From an uncultured bacterium (lineage in GTDB: Bacteria; Zhuqueibacterota; QNDG01; CAYUAG01), in the NCBI GenBank assembly GCA_964554015.1, contig CAZKMO010000004.1:1-62583 (forward strand): a DNA stretch of 62,583 nt, written 5' to 3'. Positions 50,794 through 61,266 of this stretch are shown in pieces; the first letter of the stretch is position 1; every line of letters begins with the position of its first letter. The notes beneath the pieces were generated by a model. It did no database searches. It had not been told where the DNA came from and worked only from the letters and a program-made list of their open reading frames with translations. The position numbers and the translations under genes are program-made.

Positions 50794-50822
50794 AATATAG
50801 TAAATTGTAGCAAAAAAAGCAA
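50794..50822 (-). promoter_or_regulatory. sigma70-type promoter of the KamA-family gene
   Basis: TTGCTT-N17-TATATT, with the same -35 hexamer as the trp promoter. Confidence 0.5.
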
Positions 50823-51120
50823 ATTTTTTAAAAAAAAATGTGATCCTGATTTCCTTTTTCAGAAGTTGAAAAAATTTGCATATAAATATCAAAATTATTA
50901 CCTTTGTATTGTTTATTTAACCTTAATATATAGGGATAAATAAGGAGATTACTTAAATTTATAAGGCAATTCTTTATAATCTGAATCTACAATATACAAA
51001 AGAGATTACTATTATTTCTGGACCTGTTTAATCTTAGCAGTTGTTTTAAATTTATTGAGAATAAAAGTTTATATACCGGGAAGGTAGAAAATCACTTTTT
51101 TTATATAAAGGGAAAATAAA

Positions 51121-52644
51121 ATGTTTTCACTTCGTCAAAAAATTGGTCTATTGATTGGATTTCCCCTTTTTTTAATAATACTTTTATTACCTACACCGGG
51201 AGAAATGACCCCGGAAGCACATAAAACTTTGGCTGTTACTATTCTTATGGCTTTTTGGTGGATTACTGAAGCCCTGCCCATAGCTGCCACTGCTCTTCTT
51301 CCTCTTATTCTTTTTCCTTTACTTAAAGTAAATACAGCCCTATCAATAGCAAGCCAATATGGAAACCGTAACATTTTCCTTTTTATGGGTGGATTTTTCC
51401 TGGCTTGTGCCATTGAAAAATGGGGACTTCATAAAAGGATAGCCTTAAGATCCATTACTATCTTAGGTACCAGTCCGAGAAAAATCATATTCGGTATGAT
51501 GGCTGTTACAGCTTTTCTATCTATGTGGATCTCAAATACTGCCACCACCCTGATGATGCTCCCCATAGCCATAGCCGTGGCTAAACATGCTGATTCACTA
51601 ACTGATAACTCGATTAAGAATAAACAGGTATCTAATTCTTTTGGTATAGTCTTGTTATTAGGAATTGCCTATGCCGCTAATATCGGAGGCATAGGTACTC
51701 TTATTGGAACCCCCCCCAATATTATTTTTGTTTCCCAGATACAAAAACTATTTCCTGATGCTCCGGAAATCAGTTTTTTACAATGGTTGGTAGTAGGATT
51801 TCCACTTGTACTTATCTTTATTCCTCTTACCTGGTTTTATCTTACCAGAATTGCTCATCCAGTAAAAATCAAATCACTTCCGGGTGGTAAAACCATTATT
51901 CAAGCCAAATTAAAAGAACTGGGAAGTATGAAAAGAGGGGAAAAATTTGTATTATTAGTTTTTACCCTTACTGCTCTGGGTTGGATATTTCGTTCAAATA
52001 TCATAATTGGTTCATTTATTATCCCGGGCTGGTCCAACCTTTTAGGTATTCAAGAATCAGTACATGATAGTACTGTAGCCATGATGGCAGCCATTCTGTT
52101 GTTTATAATTCCAGTAAATTTTAGTAAGGGTGAATTTCTTTTGGATTGGGAAAGTGCGGTAAAAATACCCTGGGGAATTCTTCTTCTTTTCGGAGGTGGG
52201 TTAGCACTTGCTTATGAATTTCAAACCAGCGGACTGGCACAGTGGATAGGATCCCATATGAAAGTTCTGGAAAAAGTTCCTATAATTATTGCACTTATAA
52301 TGGTTATTGGGACGATTGATTTTTTAACTGAAATTACCTCTAACACAGCCACAGCCAGCATCTTTCTACCTGTTTTAGCTGCATCTTCTATAGCATTAGA
52401 GGTCCATCCTTACCTGTTAATGATTGCTTGTACAATTGCTGCTTCCCTGGCATTTATGCTGCCGGTAGCAACTCCACCCAATGCAGTAATTTTCAGTTCA
52501 GGGTATATCAAACTTCCTCAAATGGCAAAAACCGGTTTCGGCATGAACATTTTGGGCATTATTATTACCACAGTCATTATATATTTACTGGCAGTTCCGA
52601 TATTTCGGATCACCTTGACTAAGTTGCCGGATTGGGTAAAATAA
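51121..52644 (+). CDS. DASS/SLC13 sodium:dicarboxylate or anion symporter
   Basis: WWITEALPIAATALLP, SMWISNTAT, GTLIGTPPN, EITSNTATA and FMLPVATPPNA motifs. Confidence 0.95.
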   Translation: MFSLRQKIGLLIGFPLFLIILLLPTPGEMTPEAHKTLAVTILMAFWWITEALPIAATALLPLILFPLLKVNTALSIASQYGNRNIFLFMGGFFLACAIEKWGLHKRIALRSITILGTSPRKIIFGMMAVTAFLSMWISNTATTLMMLPIAIAVAKHADSLTDNSIKNKQVSNSFGIVLLLGIAYAANIGGIGTLIGTPPNIIFVSQIQKLFPDAPEISFLQWLVVGFPLVLIFIPLTWFYLTRIAHPVKIKSLPGGKTIIQAKLKELGSMKRGEKFVLLVFTLTALGWIFRSNIIIGSFIIPGWSNLLGIQESVHDSTVAMMAAILLFIIPVNFSKGEFLLDWESAVKIPWGILLLFGGGLALAYEFQTSGLAQWIGSHMKVLEKVPIIIALIMVIGTIDFLTEITSNTATASIFLPVLAASSIALEVHPYLLMIACTIAASLAFMLPVATPPNAVIFSSGYIKLPQMAKTGFGMNILGIIITTVIIYLLAVPIFRITLTKLPDWVK

Positions 52645-52920
52645 AAAAGAAAAATGAAAATATGATTCCTACTAAAGAGTAATTAGTGATTAGGGGTGAA
52701 AGTAGGGAATATGGAATTTAGGAAGAAAAGAGGGAAGTAAGCAGAATGAAAAGGTAATATGATAATTAGGTTATTATGGATACATATTTATAAGGGGAAA
52801 CAATTTTCCAAGTATAAAACGGAACAATTGTTTAAACATAGTTCAGATGTAAATCCAAGCATCAAATAATTACTTTCTTTACAATAATCGAATAAAAAAT
52901 CATTAAATATTTTAAAATGA

Positions 52921-52964
52921 CCGCTGCCTGCCAAGGCACAAAAAAATTAATCTGCAGACAGCGG
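52921..52964 (-). terminator. Stem-loop downstream of the porin-family gene
   Basis: CCGCUGUCUGC / GCAGGCAGCGG 11-bp stem with one GU pair, between convergent genes; weak U tract. Confidence 0.5.
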
Positions 52965-52974
52965 CTAAGATTAC

Positions 52975-53562
52975 TTAAAATAATATGCCAAAATAAATTT
53001 GGGCTACTTTATTTTTTGCCCCTTCGATTAGGGATACATCACTTTCAATAATTTCACTTAATCCAAACGAATACCGTCCTTCAGCATAGGCACTTTTTCC
53101 CAAAAGTGAAAATTCTATTCCTCCTCCAATCACAATACCTGTATCACTGGATTTTACCTGTTTTTTTATATTTTCCCCACCTGCTTTGGCTGAGAGAAGA
53201 AAACTGAATTCTGGGCCGGCTAAAAGGTAAGGATGAATGCCTACCGGGAAAAAACTTTTTTTCAATACTACCGGAATTGAAAAATAATTTAATTTTGTAT
53301 CTTCACCAGCAACAGTTACACCTTTGGGTGAATATAAAAAATCACCTTGAACAGCAAGAAGATTTAATACTTTTAATTCCAGACTAAATCCAAAAGTCAA
53401 CGCATTTAAGGATTCAACCTTATCCAAATCAACATTACTTATAGTAGCCCAATTTGAGCCAACTTTAATACCTTTCCTAAATCCAATTTGTGCTTGAGCA
53501 GTACTCATTGACATAAGCAAAACTAAAATCAATAACCAAATAATCATACTGTACTTTTTCAT
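52975..53562 (-). CDS. Small outer-membrane beta-barrel (porin/PorT-like family)
   Basis: Signal peptide ending AQA-Q; GIKVGSN, YFSIPVVLK, AGPEFSFLL and EGRYSFGL motifs; C-terminal Phe. Confidence 0.85.
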   Translation of the reverse strand: MKKYSMIIWLLILVLLMSMSTAQAQIGFRKGIKVGSNWATISNVDLDKVESLNALTFGFSLELKVLNLLAVQGDFLYSPKGVTVAGEDTKLNYFSIPVVLKKSFFPVGIHPYLLAGPEFSFLLSAKAGGENIKKQVKSSDTGIVIGGGIEFSLLGKSAYAEGRYSFGLSEIIESDVSLIEGAKNKVAQIYFGILF

Positions 53563-53621
53563 ACTTTCCTCCGTTTTTTTTAATAATTATAAAAATTTAC
53601 CAACTTATCACGCAATTAACA

Positions 53622-55148
53622 CTAGGTATAAAACCGCTCTTCATTTGCGTTGGTAAGATAAATACCTTTTTCTCCTTTCAAAGGACAGGTTTTAACACAA
53701 ATACCACAACCAATACATAAACTCTCATCAACATAGGGAAGTTTTACTTCCTCTTTTTCTCCGTCTATTCTGATTACTTCTCTGGTTACAAACTTAATTG
53801 CCTTATCAGGCAGAGGACAGTGTTCTTCACACACCATACAATTCTCACCATAATACCAGGGGATACAACGGGTTTTGTTAAAATAAGCAGTTCCAATTCT
53901 CAATTCCTGACGTTTTTTCAAATCTAAGGCATGAATTGCTCCCGTAGGACATACTTTACCGCAGAGATTACAATTATATTCACAATATCCGACTTCAGGT
54001 CTTAATATGGGAGACCATAATCCTTCTAAACCAGCTTCTAGAACAGCTGGTTGTAGACCGGCACCAGATGTCGAACATACTTTAATACATTCTCCGCATC
54101 GAACACACCGATCCAAAAATTTTCTTTCGGTTAAGGAACCGGGAGGCCGTACAACTTTACTTTTAGAAACCGGATCAGTAAATCCGGCTTTAAAAAAACC
54201 GATTGTAAAAATACTTAAACCAGCAGTTTTTAAAAATCTCCTTTTATTAAAATCAATATCTTTTGCTTTCTTTGCTTTAATAGTACTGGTTTTATAAAAA
54301 CCAAATGAGATGGCATTAACCGGACAAATTTGCAGGCAATCCATACAGTTGATACATTCAGCTTTATTGGTATTGATAAAATCTTCCTTAATTGCATTCA
54401 TGGGACATATCTTTTCACATAATCCACAGGAAGTACAATCCTCTGAAACTTTTCTTTTATACAATCGTTTTCCTGAAAATAATGCTAATAAAGCACCCAA
54501 AGGACATAAATTCTTACACCAGAATCTCCTATCCAAGACTCCAGCAAACAAAATCGCAAAGAAAATAATACTGATCAATAAGAAACCGCTGAACATTACT
54601 GCATTCAGAGGAAGTAAAGTTCCCTTAAGAATATCATATACGTTAAATAAAAAATTCTCTAAAAATCCAATATCCAGGAAAAATCCCAGTAACCCTTCCA
54701 AAATAAAAACAAATACAGGATAAAGAAACACAGTAACACTTCTGGTTAATAAAGGGATGGGATCAAGAAAACCGGTCAATTGGATTGACAGGATTGCAGC
54801 CATAAGAACAATAACAAGTAGAGAAAATTTTACCCAGGGGAAATATACCATTTTTTTATCAGAAGATACAGTAAAGGTATCAGAGGCATCAATAAGTGTT
54901 CCTAAGGGACATATCCATCCGCAAAAAATTCTTCCTAACACCATGGTTAAAATAATAACCATAACCGCAGGAATGGATATAATTAAAATATTTCGGGCAG
55001 CAATAGCTGCCGTAATCGATAAAAGTGGATCCAGTTTTAAGAAAAAATCAACCGGGATAACGGAAGTTAAGGGATAAGAGGCAAGAAAAAATAATAAAAA
55101 GAATAATATTAAAAATAAAACCTGTGAGACAATTCTGATTTTTTTCAT
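53622..55148 (-). CDS. Membrane polyferredoxin (NapH/MauN-like domain fused to a NapG/MauM-like domain)
   Basis: GRIFCGWICPLG and RFWCKNLCPLG motifs; several CxxCxxCxxxCP motifs; VRPPGS...CVRCGECIKVC; internal KRRFLK. Confidence 0.88.
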   Translation of the reverse strand: MKKIRIVSQVLFLILFFLLFFLASYPLTSVIPVDFFLKLDPLLSITAAIAARNILIISIPAVMVIILTMVLGRIFCGWICPLGTLIDASDTFTVSSDKKMVYFPWVKFSLLVIVLMAAILSIQLTGFLDPIPLLTRSVTVFLYPVFVFILEGLLGFFLDIGFLENFLFNVYDILKGTLLPLNAVMFSGFLLISIIFFAILFAGVLDRRFWCKNLCPLGALLALFSGKRLYKRKVSEDCTSCGLCEKICPMNAIKEDFINTNKAECINCMDCLQICPVNAISFGFYKTSTIKAKKAKDIDFNKRRFLKTAGLSIFTIGFFKAGFTDPVSKSKVVRPPGSLTERKFLDRCVRCGECIKVCSTSGAGLQPAVLEAGLEGLWSPILRPEVGYCEYNCNLCGKVCPTGAIHALDLKKRQELRIGTAYFNKTRCIPWYYGENCMVCEEHCPLPDKAIKFVTREVIRIDGEKEEVKLPYVDESLCIGCGICVKTCPLKGEKGIYLTNANEERFYT

Positions 55149-55151
55149 TAA

Positions 55152-56045
55152 CTATAATTCTATTTTTTTAATATTTAATTTATTAATATCTTTAATTCCA
55201 AGCCCACGTTTACTTGCTTCTGTAATAAATCCAATTGTATTGCTATCTAAACCAAAAAGATGGGCTCCATAACTATCCACTGCTACTGGATCAGTACCAC
55301 ATACGATGGTTTTGGCAAGTTTGACATCATTCACACTTCCTCCACTGGGTCCATTTCGCACTAACATTCTATATGAATCCAATATTATTAAATCAGCTTT
55401 AAAGAATGTATTTATATCGGTTATTTTTTTATCAAAATCTCTATGCAGCTCCCCTCTTCTCCCTCCCAAAAATCCCATAAAATTTTTCATACCTAAGGAA
55501 ACCTGACTGAGACTATGATGCTTGGCAATAGGTATATTTATTATTTTATCCGCTTCCAGAACATCTTCGTATACTTCCCAGGATTTAACCAATTCACCTT
55601 CCGGAATATTAACTCTCTTGAATTTTCTAGAATAAACATGCTTTACATCAGCTCCGGCCTCAGAGGCAGCTTCTGCGATTCCACTTCTTTTATAACACCG
55701 TTTGGCTTCATTAAGAGTATGATCAAATATTTTTACCTCTTTTGCTCCTGCTTCCAAACACATTTTTACAACTTCAGCTACAACTTGAGGATTGGTAGTA
55801 GCAGCCTGCTCGGGTACCCGATCCCAGGAAATATTAGGTTTTAAAACAACAATATCACCTTTACTGACAACCGTTTTCATTCCTCCCAATTCTTCAATCG
55901 CTTTTCTGACTAATACCTCAGGCTCGGCATTTTGTACAACCACTAAATCATTTTTTGCAGATCGTGAAAATACTGACGTATTTTTCATAAAAAGAAAAGC
56001 TGCCCCCAGGGCAGCTGAATTCTTTAAAAAATCTCTTCTTTGCAT
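55152..56045 (-). CDS. Tat-exported DUF362 domain protein
   Basis: MQRRDFLK Tat signal; VVLKPNISW, AKHHSL, LGMKNFMG and DPVAVDS motifs. Confidence 0.88.
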   Translation of the reverse strand: MQRRDFLKNSAALGAAFLFMKNTSVFSRSAKNDLVVVQNAEPEVLVRKAIEELGGMKTVVSKGDIVVLKPNISWDRVPEQAATTNPQVVAEVVKMCLEAGAKEVKIFDHTLNEAKRCYKRSGIAEAASEAGADVKHVYSRKFKRVNIPEGELVKSWEVYEDVLEADKIINIPIAKHHSLSQVSLGMKNFMGFLGGRRGELHRDFDKKITDINTFFKADLIILDSYRMLVRNGPSGGSVNDVKLAKTIVCGTDPVAVDSYGAHLFGLDSNTIGFITEASKRGLGIKDINKLNIKKIEL

Positions 56046-56053
56046 GTATTCCT

Positions 56054-58546
56054 CTAATTTAAATGCGATTTTTTATGGTCAATCTCTTCAGGATGGATTT
56101 CAGAACCTTTCTTTTTTTGTTTTTCTTCTAATTGACTAAATTCCAATTTATTCCCTTTCTTGGTTACCTGAATTCTGCTTCCATCCGAAAATTTACCTTT
56201 AAGCAGTTGTTCAGCTATAGGATCCACCACATATCTTCTCAAAACTCGTTTGATTTGCCGTGCTCCGTATTTAGGCTCAAATCCTTTATCAATAAGATAT
56301 TTTTTAGCGTTCTCAGTGAGCTTTATGGTAATATTTCTCTCTTCACTAATCTTTAAAAGTTCATTTATAGCTATATCAATAATTTTGGTAATATCTTTTT
56401 TCGATAAAGGGCGAAAAACCATAATCTCATCAATTCTATTAAGAAATTCCGGAGTAAATAATTTTTTGGTTTCCTCCATCATGGTAGATTTCATAGTCTT
56501 ATAATCAACCTGACCCTCGATTTTTCCAAAACCATATCCTTTATCCAGAATTGATCGTGATCCCAGATTTGAGGTAAGTATTAATACCGTATTTCTAAAA
56601 TCGACCTTTCTTCCTAAACCGTCGGTCAAATGTCCTTCATCTAAAATCTGCAGTAAAACATTAAATACATCAGGATGGGCTTTTTCAATCTCATCAAATA
56701 AAATTACGGAATAGGGATGTTTTCTGACCTTTTCAGTGAGTTGTCCACCTTCTTCATATCCTACATATCCGGGAGGAGCACCGGTCATTCTGGATACGGA
56801 GAATTTTTCCATAAACTCTGACATATCAACCCTAATAAGGGCATTTTCATCCTGAAAAAGATATTCTGCTAGTACCTGGGCAAGATAGGTCTTACCCACT
56901 CCGGTTGGGCCTAAAAATATAAACGATCCAATCGGACTTCGGGGATCTTTTAATCCGGCTCTGGTTCTGCGTATTGCCTTGGCCAGTGATTCAATCACTT
57001 GATCCTGACCAATGACCGATTCCTTAATTATATCCGACATTTTTAATAATTTTTCGGACTCTGATTGGGCAACCTTGGAAACCGGTACACCTGACATCAT
57101 AGAAACAACCTGGGCGATATCCTCTTCTGTAACATAAGCCAGAACTTCTTCTTCATCTTTTTCCCAACGTTCTTTTGCCTTAGATAAATCCTGCAACAGT
57201 CTTTTTTCTCTATCCCGCAAAACGGCCGCTTTCTCAAACTCTTGATTCTTAATTACATTATTCTTCTCCTGGCTGATAACTCTTAATCGTTCCTCTAGCA
57301 TTACAATTTCCCTTGGAACTGAAATATTAGCAAGATGTACCTTGGAGCCACTCTCATCCATAACATCGATAGCCTTATCAGGAAGAAATTTATCAATAAT
57401 ATATCTGTCGGAAAGTTTAACCGCAGAATCAATGGCTTTATCTGTATACCTGATCCTATGGTACTTTTCATATCGATCCTGTAATCCTTTTAAGATCTTA
57501 AGTGTCTGTACTACTGAAGGTGGATCTATCAATACTTTTTGAAATCTTCTTTCCAAAGCTCCATCCTTTTCAATATATTGCCTGTATTCATCAAGGGTAG
57601 TAGCTCCGATACATTGAACTTCTCCTCTTGCTAAGGCTGGCTTAAACATATTAGATGCATCCAGAGATCCGGAAGCACCACCAGCACCCACAATTGTATG
57701 CAACTCATCAATAAAAAGAATAATTTCCTGCTGTTTTATTAATTCTCCCATTATTGCTTTCATTCTTTCTTCAAACTGACCTCGGTATTTGGTTCCCGCT
57801 ACTACTGAACCGAGATCAAGTGTTATCACTTTTTTATTATGTAATACTCTAGATACCTTTTTTTCAACTATTCTCATGGCCAGACCTTCGGCAATTGCAG
57901 TTTTTCCAACACCGGGTTCTCCTATTAATACTGGATTATTTTTCTTACGCCGCGATAAAATTAAAGCTACCCGATGAATTTCATTTTCTCGTCCAATGAC
58001 CGGATCTAATTTATTTTTCTTGGCCAATTCAGTTAAATCTCTTCCGAAATGGTCTAAAGCAGGAGTTTTCGATTTCTTCTTATACTCTCTCATGGAAGTA
58101 TTTGTCGAGCCTTTCAAAATGTTCTCCAATTCTTTTTTTACAATATCATAATAAACATCAAAATTATTTAATACACTGGCGGCAATCCCTTCTGCATCTT
58201 TCAGTAACGCCAGTAATAGATGTTCGGTTCCAATAACATTAAATTTAAATTTTTCTGCTTCTGATGAAGCAACCCGTAATATTCGTTCCGCTCTTTTAGT
58301 AAAAGGAATATTACCCATGGTAATAGTTCCACCCGTAGATCTAACTGCATCCTCTATTGATTTCTTTAATTCCTCAAGATTAACATTAAGATTCTGTAAA
58401 ATTTCAACCGCTAATCCGCTTCCTTCCCGAATTATTCCCAGAAGAAGATGTTCAGTACAAATATAATCATGACCTAAGCGTAAAGCTTCTTCTCTGGAAA
58501 GTTGTATTACAACCTGAACCTTTTGAGAAAAATTGTTTCTGATCAT
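56054..58546 (-). CDS. clpC: ATP-dependent Clp protease ATP-binding subunit ClpC
   Basis: Clp N repeats; GEPGVGKT and GPTGVGKT Walker A motifs; UVR-like middle domain; GAPPGYVGYEEGGQL. Confidence 0.96.
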   Translation of the reverse strand: MIRNNFSQKVQVVIQLSREEALRLGHDYICTEHLLLGIIREGSGLAVEILQNLNVNLEELKKSIEDAVRSTGGTITMGNIPFTKRAERILRVASSEAEKFKFNVIGTEHLLLALLKDAEGIAASVLNNFDVYYDIVKKELENILKGSTNTSMREYKKKSKTPALDHFGRDLTELAKKNKLDPVIGRENEIHRVALILSRRKKNNPVLIGEPGVGKTAIAEGLAMRIVEKKVSRVLHNKKVITLDLGSVVAGTKYRGQFEERMKAIMGELIKQQEIILFIDELHTIVGAGGASGSLDASNMFKPALARGEVQCIGATTLDEYRQYIEKDGALERRFQKVLIDPPSVVQTLKILKGLQDRYEKYHRIRYTDKAIDSAVKLSDRYIIDKFLPDKAIDVMDESGSKVHLANISVPREIVMLEERLRVISQEKNNVIKNQEFEKAAVLRDREKRLLQDLSKAKERWEKDEEEVLAYVTEEDIAQVVSMMSGVPVSKVAQSESEKLLKMSDIIKESVIGQDQVIESLAKAIRRTRAGLKDPRSPIGSFIFLGPTGVGKTYLAQVLAEYLFQDENALIRVDMSEFMEKFSVSRMTGAPPGYVGYEEGGQLTEKVRKHPYSVILFDEIEKAHPDVFNVLLQILDEGHLTDGLGRKVDFRNTVLILTSNLGSRSILDKGYGFGKIEGQVDYKTMKSTMMEETKKLFTPEFLNRIDEIMVFRPLSKKDITKIIDIAINELLKISEERNITIKLTENAKKYLIDKGFEPKYGARQIKRVLRRYVVDPIAEQLLKGKFSDGSRIQVTKKGNKLEFSQLEEKQKKKGSEIHPEEIDHKKSHLN

Positions 58547-58856
58547 ATATTTATTTCCTTACCTCTTAGTTACTATTTTACCATTATAAATTTTCATACA
58601 CTTCGACTCTTAATAATTTAAAGTAATACATATAAAATAAAAAATCAAAATAATCAATATTTTTTTTTCTAAAATACCTAATTACTTTATTAATCTCAAG
58701 CCTCTTTCCTTAATACTGTAAGAATTTCAACCATTTTTTTTATTAACAAATTATTCTGATTTTGTTTTAAAATTAAGCAAATTTCGAGCCACATTTTTAA
58801 AATAAATAAATTTTCTTAAGTTTATTTTAACTTTATATTTTTTAAACTCTTTTTAG

Positions 58857-59318
58857 CTATTCATTCCCTTTTTTTAATTCAATAATTCTATCTCTTAATT
58901 TCGCTGCAAATTCATAATTTTCTTCTTTAACTGCCAGATCTAATCTCTTTTGAAGATTCAAAATAGAAATCTCAATCTCAGATAGTTTGCCATTTAGTCT
59001 CTTTCCCCCATGCGATTCATCATTAATAAATTGATTTTCATATGTATCAAATTCTAATAAATCATCATCATCACTTTCCCAACTAAATGATTCACTTTCA
59101 TTAGTTAATTTATCTTCCTCAGTTTGACTGGAAAGGTATTCAGAAAGTAAACCAATTATTATTTCTACATACATGGAAGAAATATCATTAAATACTGGTG
59201 AATTAAGTTTTAATTGTTCTAAACATTTATCACAAAGATATACAGAAATACTCTTATCATTGGTTATAACTGTAATTTTAATAATTGGATCTTGTTTATG
59301 ACAATTATCACACAACAT
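58857..59318 (-). CDS. UvrB/UvrC-motif protein, McsA-like (shortened)
   Basis: MLCDNC...LCDKC N-terminus and C-terminal LDLAVKEENYEFAAKLRDRI. Start moved to 59318 so it follows the lolD stop. Confidence 0.8.
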   Translation of the reverse strand: MLCDNCHKQDPIIKITVITNDKSISVYLCDKCLEQLKLNSPVFNDISSMYVEIIIGLLSEYLSSQTEEDKLTNESESFSWESDDDDLLEFDTYENQFINDESHGGKRLNGKLSEIEISILNLQKRLDLAVKEENYEFAAKLRDRIIELKKGNE

Positions 59319-59319
59319 T

Positions 59320-60000
59320 TTATTTTTTAACCTTTCCATCAAATAATTCAATGATTCTATCTGTTTTATTGGCCAGATCTTTTTCATGGGTGACAATAAC
59401 AAATGCTTTATTTTTTTCCCGAACAAGTTCCCACATTATTTCATGTAAAAATTCACTATTTGCCTGATCAAGGTTTCCAGATGGCTCATCTGCTAAAATC
59501 ATAAGGGGTTCATTCATCAAAGATCTGGCAAATGCAACTCTTTGATTTTCCCCACCAGAAAGTTCATTTGGTTTATGGAGAAGTCTCTGTTGTAAATTAA
59601 CTTTACCCAAAAGATATTCAGCTCTTTTAAAGGCATCAATTCTATTTTTCCCACTTATCAGTCCTGGCATGGCAACATTCTCCAAAGCAGTAAATTCTGG
59701 TAATAGATAGTGAAATTGAAAAACAAATCCAATTTCCTGATTTCTAAAATAAGCTAACTTTTTATCCAACATAGAATAAATATTCTGATTATTAATTATC
59801 ACATCGCCCCTATCTGGTTTATCTAAGGCTCCCATTATATGAAGTAAAGTACTCTTTCCAACCCCGGAAGGACCAATAATGGATAAAATTTCACCACTTT
59901 TAATAGAAATATTTATCCCTTTTAATACCTCCAGCCGTTTATCTTTCCCAACCGGATAGCTTTTAAATATATTTCTAGCATTAAGAATGTATTTGTTCAT
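59320..60000 (-). CDS. lolD: Lipoprotein-releasing ABC transporter ATP-binding protein
   Basis: GPSGVGKSTLL, GFVFQFHYLLPEFTALENV, LSGGE and ADEPSGNLD motifs. Confidence 0.92.
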   Translation of the reverse strand: MNKYILNARNIFKSYPVGKDKRLEVLKGINISIKSGEILSIIGPSGVGKSTLLHIMGALDKPDRGDVIINNQNIYSMLDKKLAYFRNQEIGFVFQFHYLLPEFTALENVAMPGLISGKNRIDAFKRAEYLLGKVNLQQRLLHKPNELSGGENQRVAFARSLMNEPLMILADEPSGNLDQANSEFLHEIMWELVREKNKAFVIVTHEKDLANKTDRIIELFDGKVKK

Positions 60001-60014
60001 ATATTTCCCAGTAT

Positions 60015-61250
60015 CTATTCATATCTAATTGCCTTTATAGGATCTAATTTAGCTGCCTTACGAGCTGGATATAATGATGCTAATATGCATAATAAAATAG
60101 CTGCTAAACCAATCATAATGAAGTCTAAAGCCTGCATCTTAATGGGGAGATAATTAATAAAATAAACATCACCAGGTAAAGAAAAAAATTTATATTTCAA
60201 CTGAGACCAACAAAGTGAGAAACCAATCAAGAAACCAAGTAATGATCCTATTATACCCACTACCATTCCTTCAAAAAGAAAAATTCTGGTAATACCCTTG
60301 GAGGTTACTCCCATTGATTTCAATATCCCGATTTCTTTTGTTTTTTCCATAACCACCATTATTAAGGTACTAATTATATTAAAAGCAGCAACCAAAATTA
60401 TTAAGGATAAAATAATAAACATAGCCCATTTTTCCAGCTGCATCCAGGAAAATAAATTTTTCCGTAAATCGAACCAGGTTTGGGAAAAATATGGATATCC
60501 AAGTATATCCTCTATCTTTTCTCCTATTTGACTTGCCTTATATAGATCATCAAGCTTAATCTCAAGACCAGTAACAGTATGATCCATTCGAAACAAGGAT
60601 TGTGCTGATTCGATTGAGATATAAGCATAGGCATTATCATATTCAAACATACCGGTTTCAAAAAGTCCGGTAACAATAAACTGTTTAACGGGTGGTTGAC
60701 GAAATACGGTATAAACACCCGCAAGGCTAACTAATATTACTTCATCACCAATATCCAGTAAAAGACGATCAGCTAACCATCTACCTAAAACAATACCTGG
60801 CCGATTTCTGCCCTGCTCATCCTTAATTTCATCTAAATTAAACTCACCATAATACATATTGTTTCCGATATCTGAAACTTTAAACACAGTCGCAGGATCT
60901 ACACCCCGAACAACAATCCCATCACTGTATCGACCTGCCCTAATCATAGCCTCATCTAAAATATAAGGAGAAATTCCTATGATATGATCGATATTTGATA
61001 TTTCTTCTGCAATTGTTTTATAGTCCTCTATTTTTTCAAAATGAAATTTACGTACCCTGAGATGGGTATCAAAACCAATTATGCGGGAACGTACCTCTGA
61101 CTCAAGTCCATTCATGACCGAAAGTGTAATAATAAGAGCTGCCACTCCAATGGCAACCCCAAATATGGAAATATAAGAGATTATATTAATAAATCTGGTC
61201 TTCTGTCTGGCACTTAAATATCTTTTGGCAACAAAAAATTCAAAATTCAT
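60015..61250 (-). CDS. lolE: Lipoprotein-releasing ABC transporter permease (LolC/LolE family)
   Basis: IGVAALIITLSVMNG, VAAFNIISTLIMVVMEKTKEIGILKSMG and LYPARKAAKLDP motifs. Confidence 0.92.
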   Translation of the reverse strand: MNFEFFVAKRYLSARQKTRFINIISYISIFGVAIGVAALIITLSVMNGLESEVRSRIIGFDTHLRVRKFHFEKIEDYKTIAEEISNIDHIIGISPYILDEAMIRAGRYSDGIVVRGVDPATVFKVSDIGNNMYYGEFNLDEIKDEQGRNRPGIVLGRWLADRLLLDIGDEVILVSLAGVYTVFRQPPVKQFIVTGLFETGMFEYDNAYAYISIESAQSLFRMDHTVTGLEIKLDDLYKASQIGEKIEDILGYPYFSQTWFDLRKNLFSWMQLEKWAMFIILSLIILVAAFNIISTLIMVVMEKTKEIGILKSMGVTSKGITRIFLFEGMVVGIIGSLLGFLIGFSLCWSQLKYKFFSLPGDVYFINYLPIKMQALDFIMIGLAAILLCILASLYPARKAAKLDPIKAIRYE

Positions 61251-61266
61251 AATATATCCAAAAATT

